DNA from: Phallusia mammillata
Taxonomy: Eukaryota
Reading direction: 5' to 3'
Assembly: GCA_965637545.1 (NCBI GenBank)
Contig: OZ281500.1
Coordinates: 10,044,001-10,108,000 of the forward strand
DNA length: 64,000 nucleotides
Shown: positions 25,982-37,081 of the stretch, piece by piece
Layout: every line of letters begins with the position of its first letter
Position numbering within the stretch: the stretch's first letter is position 1
The notes under the pieces: model-generated
Databases searched by the model: none
What the model was told of the DNA's origin: nothing
Seen by the model: only the letters and a program-made list of their open reading frames with translations
Position numbers and translations under genes: made by a program

Positions 25982-28719
25982 GACTCTTGCAAAGCGTTTT
26001 CTTTTTTTTTCTCTTATTCATAGACTCTTTATTCATATTGTTCTAATTTCTATGTGCAACGTGAAAAGTACCTTGCGTAAAATGCCGATGAGCTGAACCT
26101 ATCTGTACACAAAAGACAAGGTGCTATGGTGTGGAAACACTGTCCGTTGCGCGGGTCTGCAGCATGGGCAGCATCATTGGTTATGCTTTGTGTTTTTTTG
26201 CGTCTGTGTTTTTTCTCCTACGCTTGGACGCTTTCGGTTTGGTCGCCCACTTGATTTTTTTATGCTCATTCACTATCTGTTTCTTCATTCTCCCACTGTT
26301 CCATTTACCAACTCATATAAATGTTGCAAAGTAAAAAAATGTCAAATTTTGTCAATACAATTCGTGTGTCAGGCAACTTGTTAAGTCAAAAAAATAGTTT
26401 CTGGCCACTTTGTGGGTTTAAGTGCTAATCAATAATTTACCCCGCACTGACAACCACACATAATTAAGAGTGTAATACCAACTAAGGAACAAATGGAATT
26501 ACCAGTTGGTGTAGAAAAAATCTCCATGTTGAAGACAGGATGTAAATGCATGGCCCCTTCTAAAAGAGAAAAATTTTACTTCAAAAATTTGATTTCGAGA
26601 GATTCTAAATATGGAAGTTCTTCAAAGTAATTGGCTTGACCGCAAAATTGCTGCACAGTGGATGTAACCCGACGTACTTTGTTGTGACGTTTTTATCTCC
26701 GACAAATCACACGCCACTATTATATGTCGCACTGCGCTCCTAAAGGCTGTAATTAACCTAACCAAAAATCCTTGCGCAACGGAAACCACGACTAAACTTT
26801 GTCAAATCCACTATGTGGTATTTTGATATGTACCCTTCGAGCTGCGCATTAAATTCAAATCACACGCTCGCACACCTTTTTGACAATCCACAAAAATGTC
26901 AAGGCGAGTACGTTAGCAAGAAACGCTAGCAGACTGGATGGACTTCGTGGCATGGAGTTAATTTGGGTGACAAACATGAACGATCATACAAGTAATAAAG
27001 AATATAGAATCGGATTACGAACACGCCTTGACATGCGGTAAGGGCACGCCGGCCCAGCGGCGGGTTTTATCTGATTGAGATGATTGCCTATCGCGAGTAT
27101 TATTGAGCCAAAAAACGGTAGGTTTTACCGGGTCAATTGTACCCTAAAGGTAAAGAGTCTAAATTAGAACCGTATGATAACTTAACTCCTGTACATGGAC
27201 GGAAAAAGTTATGATCATTGCGTTTTTGCAATCTTTTCTGTTGAAATCAGATTCTAAGTCTCGTATTCGAATAAACTCGAGAAAAATGTAGCGCAGTTAA
27301 GTTGGTAATTTTGTTTCCAATTAGCATTGCCTAGTTTCGTGTAGAGCGGTGGTTACAATGAACACAAGTCATAGTTGGAAACAAGAAGGGCCATTTTATT
27401 TTTTTAGTTTGTATCTCACAAGATGACATCGTCAAGCATCGACAGAAAGCAACAGAATCAAATTGCTATGAAGTATCATCTGGATCACATTTCACGTGGT
27501 CTTTTATGTTAATCTTTAAATTGCGATCTGTCCAACGAAGCAAGGAATCCCTTATTAAAGGGTGGTTGCTTAGTCTGACTGGTTTTGTTCGGTGATAACT
27601 AGCTGCCAATTGTGCGTCGCTTATACCAAACACGAGAAATGTAACGGTTATACCACGAGCGACGGCCGAAAGGGGGGTTATTTGTTGGAATGCTTCTGGT
27701 CCATTGAGCAGAAAACAAAAGCGTCGCTACGTAAGCAGATACGGGTCAGTACTCGATGTTCAGCAAAGTTTAAGAATCCACGAAATGTCGCCGGTCGGTT
27801 TACAGTTTCAACGGTGCGTAAAGCTACGTTGAATAGAGACAGGTAACAAGCGATGTACCAGTCAAATATTTTTACGACCCAGTTCGACATTTGGTCAGCA
27901 TCGCACGAGGTGAACTTTTCATTGCTTGAACACTGCGCAGGTGTTGTGTTTCTCATGCTAGTATAGAGTGATCTCCAGCCAGCCATAAACATTGCAGTAT
28001 TCGGAAAGTACATTTCAGCGTTTGTATCTCACGTTGCTTTTAGCAGTATTGAACCGTCTGCAGCTAATATCAGATCGAGTTAAACGATGGACAAACGCGA
28101 ATGATATTTCCAATCAAACAATGCATAACTTGGCATATGTTGATTGGGTTTTTGCGCTCAAATAAAACTAATGTTAACAGGGTCGATTGGCAACAGTAAA
28201 CGTGTCTCCACACAAGTACATGCGAGGCATATAGTTTAAGATTATTTTATGACATAAATTAAGGTTGGTGAGTCATTGCTACAATGTATAATTACGTATT
28301 GCAGTCAACGTCAATTTATACCTATACCGTCAATGTAGCACTTGCTTGAGGCGAAACGTCAGTGTGTGATACCCGTTGTGGTTATATTGGTTTAACCTTT
28401 TTTATGCACCCGTGGACAGGCGGGCATAGTTGAGCGCCGCCCTCGGCCAAGCAACAGGTTTATTTGTTGAGGCTAGCGAAGATGCTAGGTCAATATTTGA
28501 CTGATTTTGATACCTCCTTTGTATTTCTAGCTAATCTGTTTTAGACCATACATGTTACATTCCATTAGCATGGATTTTTAAGACAGGATAACAAAATGTT
28601 ACACAGTCAGGATTGGGAAATTTACACCTGAACAACAACTGTAGACAAGCAAAGTTTTCTACAATGCCAACTACGAAGCGAAAATAGACACCTGTTAAGC
28701 AAATCACTGGCAGTCAAGG

Positions 28720-31700
28720 ATGAACTGGAAAACATACCGCCGTGTCCGCAAAGGACTTTTGTTTCTTGTGCTTTCGTTCGTATTTTTATCTGTATGCGTT
28801 CGAATTGTTGAACACACGGACCTAGCAAGGCATGTAATACGCAATAGTAAGCAATTAAGTCCGAACTTGAAATCTCAACAAACCAAGCACTATGTCGAAG
28901 CAGATAACAATATCAACTATGACAAAGGTGTAAACTTGACTACAAACAATGATCTTCATTTACGCAACGTTTCTCCAAAAAATAAACATACCATAGTAGT
29001 ATCGACAGTCCGGCAACATGCAACTGTGGAAAGAAACAGAACGGCTACGAATACAAGAAACACTACGGCTACGAATACAAATGATGTAACAACCAAGAAG
29101 GATGACAATTCGAAGATTAAGGAAAACGTTGACAAGCACAACATAGAGACAAATGAACAGTTTATGAATCGAATGAAGATAAGAATGGACGAGAGAAGAA
29201 AATACACCAAGGAAATGTGTGACAAACTGGGTATGTTTATGAGATGTGAACCGCAGCCTACGTTTACGTAACATAAAACGAAAGCTTCAGGCCCATAGAA
29301 AGACTCATCGATACTGGTCCATGTATTTTGAAGGCATTATTGGTTTGATTTAGTGGGTTTCAGTTTTTATCTCACTTCATTATTTTTATCTCAGTTTTTT
29401 TTGTCAAAGTTAGCATTTGTTTACATTTTAGGAATAAAGAAAAATAACGTCACGTACGAAGCGTGGCACTTATCGCTACCCACGCCGCGTCCGTGGTTTT
29501 TGAAATCAGACAAGTATCCCCTGATCTACTGCGAAATTCCCAAATCCGGAAGCACTAATTGGAAGAGGGTCATGATGGTGATGAACGGGTTGGCTAACAG
29601 CACTTCAAGCATCAAGCAGGTGACGATTATTAGCAAATGTTTGCATTATTGACCGATAAAGTGGCTGTTGTAATGAAACAATATCAAGTGTTTAACGAGA
29701 GCGTTAAGCTAAAATATACATAACGGTTTTATCAGTTCATATATGAAACATTTACAATAACTTTCGGCATAAATTTAAGTTTTTATAAAATGCTGTATAC
29801 TTGCGCTAAAATACTTCAGGAGTCTGTTTGCTTTGTCACGGGTCACTTACTCGTTTCATCGGGTAATTTTCTGGGTGTTGAATGTAGCCACAAAACGTTG
29901 AGAGCGATTTTAACCTTTTTCCCGTACTGCTTTTAAACGTGTATGGAATTTTGCTTCGTCTTTTGGCTACTTAAGTCATAAGTTTTGGTTATGAACGGTA
30001 CACTTTTCGGGTTTTGCTCGGGCTGAGTTCAGGCTTCGGTTTAAATAAAACGAGCATTAATCTTCAGAGGTTTTATATATGTTGGTGTTTTGGTTTAGGA
30101 ATTAATTATCATGCATCGTTCAGCGTTTGGAGGTTACAAACATCTAACTGATTTTTTACACACCTTGCCCTTCGATACCTAATTGCAGTCTCTCGACAAC
30201 TCTCATGTTTAGTATAATGCAATAAGTAAATGTGAGGTAAAACCGCTCGAAAAGGAAAATGCCTAATATTATGAAACCTTTTGTTTTGCAACAGGGAAAA
30301 GCACATGCCGTTAACATCGGTTGGGTAAATACAAATCCAAACACTACGCAACGTCAAAAGTACTTAAAATCGCTTAAGATGATGATTGTACGAGACCCAT
30401 TCGAGCGACTAACGTCAGCTTATCTGGACAAAGTTGCCTACAAGAAAAGTATTAACGCTTCAGTATTTGGACGATTTTCGTATGAAGTTGCCACAACATA
30501 TGGAAAATCAAACGAGAGTTTTACACCAGGTACGTGCTTTCCATAATAAGTTAGATAAGATTCAATGTCCGTTTTCTTGCACACTTCAGTAGGAAAATCG
30601 TCATTATAAGCTGGATCGTTTCTACTTACATAATGCATCCATAATTTTGTTGTTTACAGAAAACGGTATTCATCGAGTTACAGCTTGTTCATTTGAAGTT
30701 AGAGTGCTCAAATGCAAAAAGCCGAATCATGTAATAAAAGTACATGACGCAATGTTTGGGAGACAGGACGATTCAACGTGAGTGAAATAGGAATATAAAC
30801 GTACAGACTGAAAAAAAAATTCTATCGCCAACTTCATTGCTCCAGTGCTAAGTTTGTCGAACATGGCAACCTTTTCTACACAAGCAAAATATTTAAACGT
30901 CAGTTGGTTCAAACCTCGTCGGGGTCTGTATTCGAATGTTAAAAAATAAGGGGCGTTTTTTTCATAGTTTTTGCATAAATAATAATATTTCTCACTAACT
31001 TATAAGTCAAAATTACGCCAAAATAATGACACACAAAAGATACGTCCACCGTTTCCATCTTATCTTTCCTGGTGGCAAGGACACAAAGTTGTCTAAACCA
31101 ACCATGCATGCTCTTCCACAAACTTCTTGAACATGGTATTACCCATTTGCATCGATGTTACAGGTGTATGCAAAACTACGAAGGCAAAGAAGCAGTAAAC
31201 ATGCGTCCTTGTTCGTCAAAAAACGCATTGTTAATAGCTTCCCAGTTATGCGATGGAAAGCAGAAGTGCGAAGTTGTTGGGTCGCCTGTGGTGTTCGGTC
31301 ACTTGCAAGGGTGTGGAAATGTCCCAAAATATCTACAGATTGACTATCACTGTGTTGGTATGTAGGTTCAGTAAATAGTGGTAGAAGGGTTGCATTTTGT
31401 TTCAGTATATTATACACAGGGTTGGTTGTGATGTTCAAATACAGAATTGGTGCTGTTGTTTTTATCTCTTCAGTTTGTTTACAAACCAAAACAAATGCAG
31501 TAACATTTGGTGTTGAAATTTCAGATAGATCTGTCGAAAAAAACGTCACAGTTTGTGATAGAAAAAGGAAGACAGTCAAGTGTCCGGTAGGCTCAGAAAT
31601 TCGGGTGATGTCGGCATTTTTTGGTCGGCTAGAAACTACCACGTAAGTTCACCAATCCGCCATATAAAAACGTAATTTGTAGGATAATATAAAACCTTAT

Positions 31701-33327
31701 TTTGCAGATGTCGAAAGCGAGCACGAATAGCCAACGTCCATTGCGATGCCGAAACAGCAACTGCGGCGGCAATGGTTGCGTGTCACAAGAAAAACTTTTG
31801 TGTGTTGGAAGCATCAAAAACATGGATCCAGAGCGATCCTTGTCCCTCTACAGACAAATATCTTACGATGTGGTATCACTGTGAGCGTAAGTTTGCTAAA
31901 CATAAGTTAACACTGTAAATACATTTCCTTAAACCCCCACTAAAGCAGGGGTAGGCAACCTTTTTGCACTGCGGACCGTTTTCACAAAACAAGCATTTCA
32001 GCTAAAAAAATCATACTGCCCGGTAACGAACTACTCGCGGCCCGGTGCCGGACCGGCGGTTGCCGACCACTGCACAAAAGCATAACTTGGCCCAACAAAT
32101 TTTCCGTGTGGTTACCGTTTCAAATTTTTGCCAAATATTGGGCTCTTTGCCATTGAGTTTTAATATTCTGTGGCGTGGCGAAAAGTACAAGACAACGTTT
32201 TCATTACAGCTTCCACCACACAGGAAACTTCAGAAGAAGTCTCAAATTCGATTTCTTCTCCACCTACAATACTTAAAATGCCTAAAAACATTTTTAAGTA
32301 AGTGCCATGAGATGCCTTTCTGACACCAACGTTAAGTTGATATTTTAAACAAATAAAAAAGGTTTGCGCCACAAATCAGATTTACTATATGGTAATACAG
32401 CGGATAAAGGCGTTAAAGATTTTTTATCATGGCATATACTAAACTACAAACTTATTCTGCATCAGAAAGTATCCAAAGCATGCCACGTTCAACGAGTTTG
32501 TGTCATATCTGACCGATCCTGGAAACGCAGTGGTGACAAAGGACAAAATAGATCATGGATCGGGTTCGTTACGGTCTACCAACGTTCGTCACTGGCAAAA
32601 CTTCCACACATTGTGTTATCCATGTCATATCCAATACGACGTTATTGCCCATATCGAAACAATAGAGGAAGACGCAAGGTAAGAAGTACTGATGCACCAA
32701 ACCGCCTAAAAAAGTTCGGGCCCAAACCGAATGTTCGGCCAGCAGTCCGGTATATTTCTACCGAATCTGACCGAACCTAAGATTTACTTTCGTATGAATG
32801 GTTTGAACTGATTCTTACATTGTTACTGCAAGTAAGTGCTCAAGCCACAACAAAATTTACAATATAAAGGCTAAACAAAATACTTTGCAGACAGCATGAC
32901 TTGTAAAAATTGCAATACAGTTATCGTTAGTGCCATCTAGTGGACCACTTTTTAATACATTTAATTTGCAATTCTGTGGTCACATCCATACGTATTTTTT
33001 TCCTGGATGTACAGTAAAACTATGAACCTTATATTGCATGTTATCTTCGTACTTATACACGATAATAATAAGAACATATTTTGTCGTTTTAGGTATGTTT
33101 TGAATATGATTGGGGCACCGAAAAACCTCAAGTATCCGGAAGGATACAATACCGCAGGACACAGCTCAACAAATTCTTCAATAGTACATGACGCTTTTGC
33201 CAAGCTCGAACCTCGTCAGATCGAAAAACTGATCGAACTGTACAAAATAGACTACCAACTATTTCAATATAACTTTCCGCGTTTAAACAAACAAAACCTT
33301 GACAGTGTTATAAATATGCGTACATGA
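28720..33327 (+). CDS. Type II membrane carbohydrate sulfotransferase (Sulfotransfer_2, CHST8-14/HNK-1ST family) with two SUEL lectin domains inserted in the catalytic domain
   Basis: Exons 28720-29230, 29432-29619, 30295-30529, 30660-30777, 31164-31357, 31525-31642, 31708-31886, 32210-32297, 32466-32678, 33093-33327 join in one frame (intron phases 1,0,1,2,1,2,1,2,2). N-terminal TM (GLLFLVLSFVFLSVCV), 5'-PSB YCEIPKSGSTNWK, 3'-PB VRDPFERLTSAY, TFNEFVSYL, HWQNFHTLCYPCHIQYDVIAHIETIEEDA, LYKIDYQLFQY. Confidence 0.9.
30660..31357 (+). CDS. SUEL/rhamnose-binding-type lectin domain 1 (two exons) inside sulfotransferase 1
   Basis: ACSFEVRVLKCKKPNHVIKVHDAMFGRQDDSTC...CSSKNALLIASQLCDGKQKCEV...QGCGNVPKYLQIDYHC. 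It has 8 Cys plus the A-x-F/Y-GR and KYL motifs. Confidence 0.88.
31525..31886 (+). CDS. SUEL/rhamnose-binding-type lectin domain 2 (two exons) inside sulfotransferase 1
   Basis: VCDRKRKTVKCPVGSEIRVMSAFFGRLETTTC...CDAETATAAAMVACHKKNFCVLEAS...DPCPSTDKYLTMWYHC. It has 8 Cys plus the AFFGR and DPC..KYL motifs. Confidence 0.88.
31946..32072. mobile_element. Small hAT-type MITE in a sulfotransferase intron
   Basis: TIRs CAGGGGTAGGCAACC / GGTTGCCGACCACTG. Flanks CACTAAAG and CACAAAAG match at 7 of 8 positions as a TSD. Confidence 0.75.
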
Positions 33328-33806
33328 TATATTAGACGACAACACGCATGCAACACCTGCACATTTATGCACAATATTGACTTGTAAGACCGTGCGATAA
33401 TTCTTTTTTGCAATTTTCGTGTTTGATGTATGCAAACAACTCACAAGTCTCTTCAAATGTATAGATCTTAATTGTCGGCTCTAAACGCCTCCAGAAAAAC
33501 TGCTGACATGCCTCATCAACAACCAATTGTTCTTCAACGTATTCCATTCTTCTTTCTTTGTCGGGTCACGAACGTTTAGCGCGCAAAAAAATGGTTGTGA
33601 TTGTGGACTTCTTTTATTGCAATTATGGACTAAATTTAGAAGCGGTATCTTATTAATCCAGGTCACAAACAGGAATTACTGCAAATGGCAGACGGTGGTC
33701 GCAAACAAGCGCTTATAAAGGTCCTGGTATGTCCGTTTTTTTAAACGCTTTGTTTTATCATCCACGGATTGTATAAATTTAAGAAGCAGATACAATAAAA
33801 AAGAGC

Positions 33807-35630
33807 ATGCAAGGAGCGCGAGTTAGAAAACGATGGGTAGCATATTTTGTAATTATCGTTGCGCAAAGTATCTGGTTGGTATTTGTGCCAAGAAAAATAA
33901 AAAATTGGAAAGAATCAGGTAGATGCGTCTGCTTCAACTGTGAATCGAGGTAGTGTGATTTGTGTCTATTTATTGTGTAGCTGAAGTGGACAATTTGCGA
34001 CAAGGACCGTACTTACAAAGAATGGTGAACATGAAGCAGAGATGTAAACAACGACATTTCGATTATGCTAGCATTCTTTCAAAACATTTCAAATTCGACG
34101 ACAGCTTGAAACTTGTAATGTGTGAAAATCCAAAGGTTTGTAAAAATATTTCCAAGCTCATGGCACTTGTTATTTGTAAAGTTTTGCTTATATCAATTCA
34201 GCCTTTGACAAAGTTACGGACCGTCTCATCAGTTTTGTAGTACAGTACAACAATTATGTACGCATAACTTTTGATATATTTAACCTTACTGACGTTCGCA
34301 GGTAGCAAGTACAACTTGGCAAATATTATTTTTGAAGCTTGGAGGATTTAAAAAAGAGATCACACAAAAAATGAGAAAAGAGTGGGAATATCATGAAATA
34401 CCAAACAAATATTTTGAACAGTAAGGGGGCCTCTTAAGCAAACTATAGGCTTCATTAAGCTTGTAAGTTATGTAATACAAATCATTCTGTCAATAGATTA
34501 GATAGTGAGGGAGAGGCTTTGAGGCGGTTAAGTGAATACACAACATTCTTTGCAATGAGACATCCATTTGAAAGGCTGGTCTCTGCATATGTCGACAAGT
34601 TTTCCTCAAAGAGCCGATGGAACGCGTACAAACAAAGGGAGGGGAGAAAAATTGCCGAAAGTCAATTAGGCTCAGAAATTTATGGAATAAACACGTAAGA
34701 TTTTGTAGTTTATTTACAATAAATGAACAATATTTTTCGGAATAGGTACTAACACAGGAACTCACATTACATCGGTTTAATAATTTCCGCTAGGTGGCGC
34801 AAAAAGTTTTTGAACGCAAATTGTGTAAAAATGCTGACGGTTGGGGCTATTACGGCTGGACTAGACTTTCTTAATAATATTCAAAATATAATCAACTAGA
34901 ATTCCAGTACCTAACTTACGACTTACTTCTTAACTCTATTCCAGTTACACAATTATTTTGAAAATTGCGCCCTTTGTGAAATTATTAAACCTACGTACCG
35001 TGAGTTCCTGTATTAGTAGCTCTACCTAGTACCTCTACCATATCTTTCCGTCCCGTTGATAAACAACTATTTTTTTAGACACTGGCTTTCAAAAACTCCA
35101 ACCCCGTTGATTTTGCGTTCACCGGCTTTTCTGAAACTTTCAGCACCAAATAAAAAACAAATGCTAGAGAAAATCTTTGTTCTCAAGTCCGGAGAAATAT
35201 CTTTTCAACAATTTGTCAAGTAAGTCATAACAATATCAGTAAACCTTCAGCGAAAACTTGTTCAACGTGTTTCTTGCTTAGCTATATCGTTGACAACTAT
35301 CAAAGTAAGGAACAAATTAAAACAATGGATCATCACTGGATACCACAAGTCTACAACTGCATGCCATGCTATGTGAACTACAGCTTCGTGATTCGTTTCG
35401 AAAGCCTTAGTACCGATTCGCAGTATTTACTCAACTACTTACAAAGAAAAACGACAACCAATCTAACGTTTCCCCTAACTGGACCTCCACAAACCAGTCA
35501 GAATATCACGCAAAAGATGTTCCAACTTTTACCCGAGCAACAAGTGGACAAGCTTCGCAAAATTTATGCTGACGACTTTTATGTTTTTGATTATGATCTG
35601 TACTTGTATCAAGGATACAAAGGTACTTGA
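33807..35630 (+). CDS. Second tandem carbohydrate sulfotransferase (Sulfotransfer_2 family), no lectin insert
   Basis: Exons 33807-33918, 33981-34135, 34302-34420, 34497-34694, 35079-35219, 35282-35630. TM WVAYFVIIVAQSIWLVFV, 5'-PSB MCENPKVASTTW, 3'-PB MRHPFERLVSAYVDKF, SFQQFV, DHHWIPQVYNCMPCYVNYSFVIRFESL, IYADDFYVFDY. Confidence 0.88.
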
Positions 35631-35988
35631 AGAGCGAGAATCAATCAGCAATTGCTAAAACTGTTTAACAGAGAACGATGAACAGCAACAAAGCGTTGTT
35701 ATATTTTGTTTTTACCCGCTTTTGTATTTGTTTACATTTATCATTACGCAAAATAAACAACTATCAACTCAACTGATGCACTTGACGCATTTGCTTAAGG
35801 AAGTTTTACAAAATGTAGAATCTTCGATTTCAAAAGACACGCGACTGAGGTGTGAGGTAAAATTAGGTACAAAAGCAAGGAACAAAGATAACCCTCCTGT
35901 GTATTTGAAAGTCTTCTTATATCAAAGATTGTTTACAGAATACGGAAGTGGACGCCAATCAAAAGAATCAAGTTAGAAGAGGGAACGT

Positions 35989-37081
35989 TGTACACACGCC
36001 AGCGGTTTTATTTGCACACTACTGATAATAACTCTGCGCTGTTCGGAAATCAATTAAAGAAGATACATTTAAAGAAGGGTCAGAATGAAGAAACACATTG
36101 TTATCAGTACTTTAACACCAGAACCTAACATAGCGATGACAATGTTTTGCTTAAAGTGCATAATAAACAAAACACAACCCAATCAGGCAATACAACTTCA
36201 CAATAAAATATAGAGCACAAATCAAACTTCGAAAAATCAACGTAAATCGTTGTGAATAAAGTTACGGCAATAGGTAATATAGCGATGTGGAAACAGCACT
36301 AATAGTGTCTGCATTTTTAGCCGCAAATGATTAAATGCATGTCAAGCATTTGTAATTAACCTAAATTTTTCTAAAGGAACCAAGGCAAAACGCTAAATAA
36401 TGTTTACAAACTTAAACCAGTCAATATAATCTGCTATGTTTCGAAAATCATAATAAATATTTATTCATTTACGTTGTAAGTCATTGCCTAAACACCCGAC
36501 ATACTCCATATTCGTATGACAACACCACTTTGTGTCGGTAAATAGATAATATTGTACTACGAAAGAGTCATAGTCAGGCGATTTTAAACAATAGCATAAT
36601 TGTTAAAAAATTTATTCAAACAGTTTTTATTTTATAAACAGTTTTTCGCAATTGACAAAGGGGGGAAAGTACAAAAGGTCAAAACCGCATTTTCTCTTAA
36701 CATTCTATTAAATCAAACAACTACTATAACATTAGTGCTGGTGTCTAAACTTCTTGTTTATCAAAGCTTGTTTGCACATTGCGGAAGTAACTATCACTAA
36801 AGCAACCAAGTTCAAGCAGAGGAAAATGCTGTGCACGCGCCAGCGGTTTTATTTGCACACTACCGATAATAAACCCAGTGCTGTTTCGGAAATCAATTAA
36901 CAGAACGTAGGGTCAGGCGAACGAAACACATAGTTATCAGTACCCATAAGACATCAAAAACTAGTAGCAATGAAAAAGTTCGGATGAAAGTGTAATATAG
37001 AAAAAATAAATAACCTCTACCTAATTAGAAAAACAAAACTTCACAAGAAAATATAAATGAAATAAATAAATTTCGATAAAT
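35989..37081 (+). repeat. Diverged direct duplication of a ~250-bp non-coding segment (copies ~35989-36238 and ~36830-37081)
   Basis: Both copies share CGCCAGCGGTTTTATTTGCACACTAC, GATAATAA, TTCGGAAATCAATTAA, GAAACACA..GTTATCAGTAC and AACTTCACAA in the same order. Confidence 0.8.

Noticed and set aside
27592-28013. Overlapping 84-111 aa ORFs between the RhoGAP and the sulfotransferase
   Set aside because: No recognisable homology or exon chain, and the lengths are compatible with chance.
30660-31886. Lectin exons as an independent gene nested in a sulfotransferase intron
   Set aside because: No Met/signal-peptide exon and no stop-containing exon. The first and last lectin exons have phase-1 junctions that match the flanking sulfotransferase exons.
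33328-33806. Trans-spliced operon joining the two sulfotransferases
   Set aside because: The gap is short, but a TATAAAT at ~33772 just before the second ATG suggests a separate promoter. It cannot be decided without spliced-leader data.
28720-35630. Synteny of these sulfotransferases with human CHST3 near NODAL
   Set aside because: CHST3 belongs to the other (6-O, Sulfotransfer_1-type) family. The motifs here are Sulfotransfer_2, so they are not orthologs.
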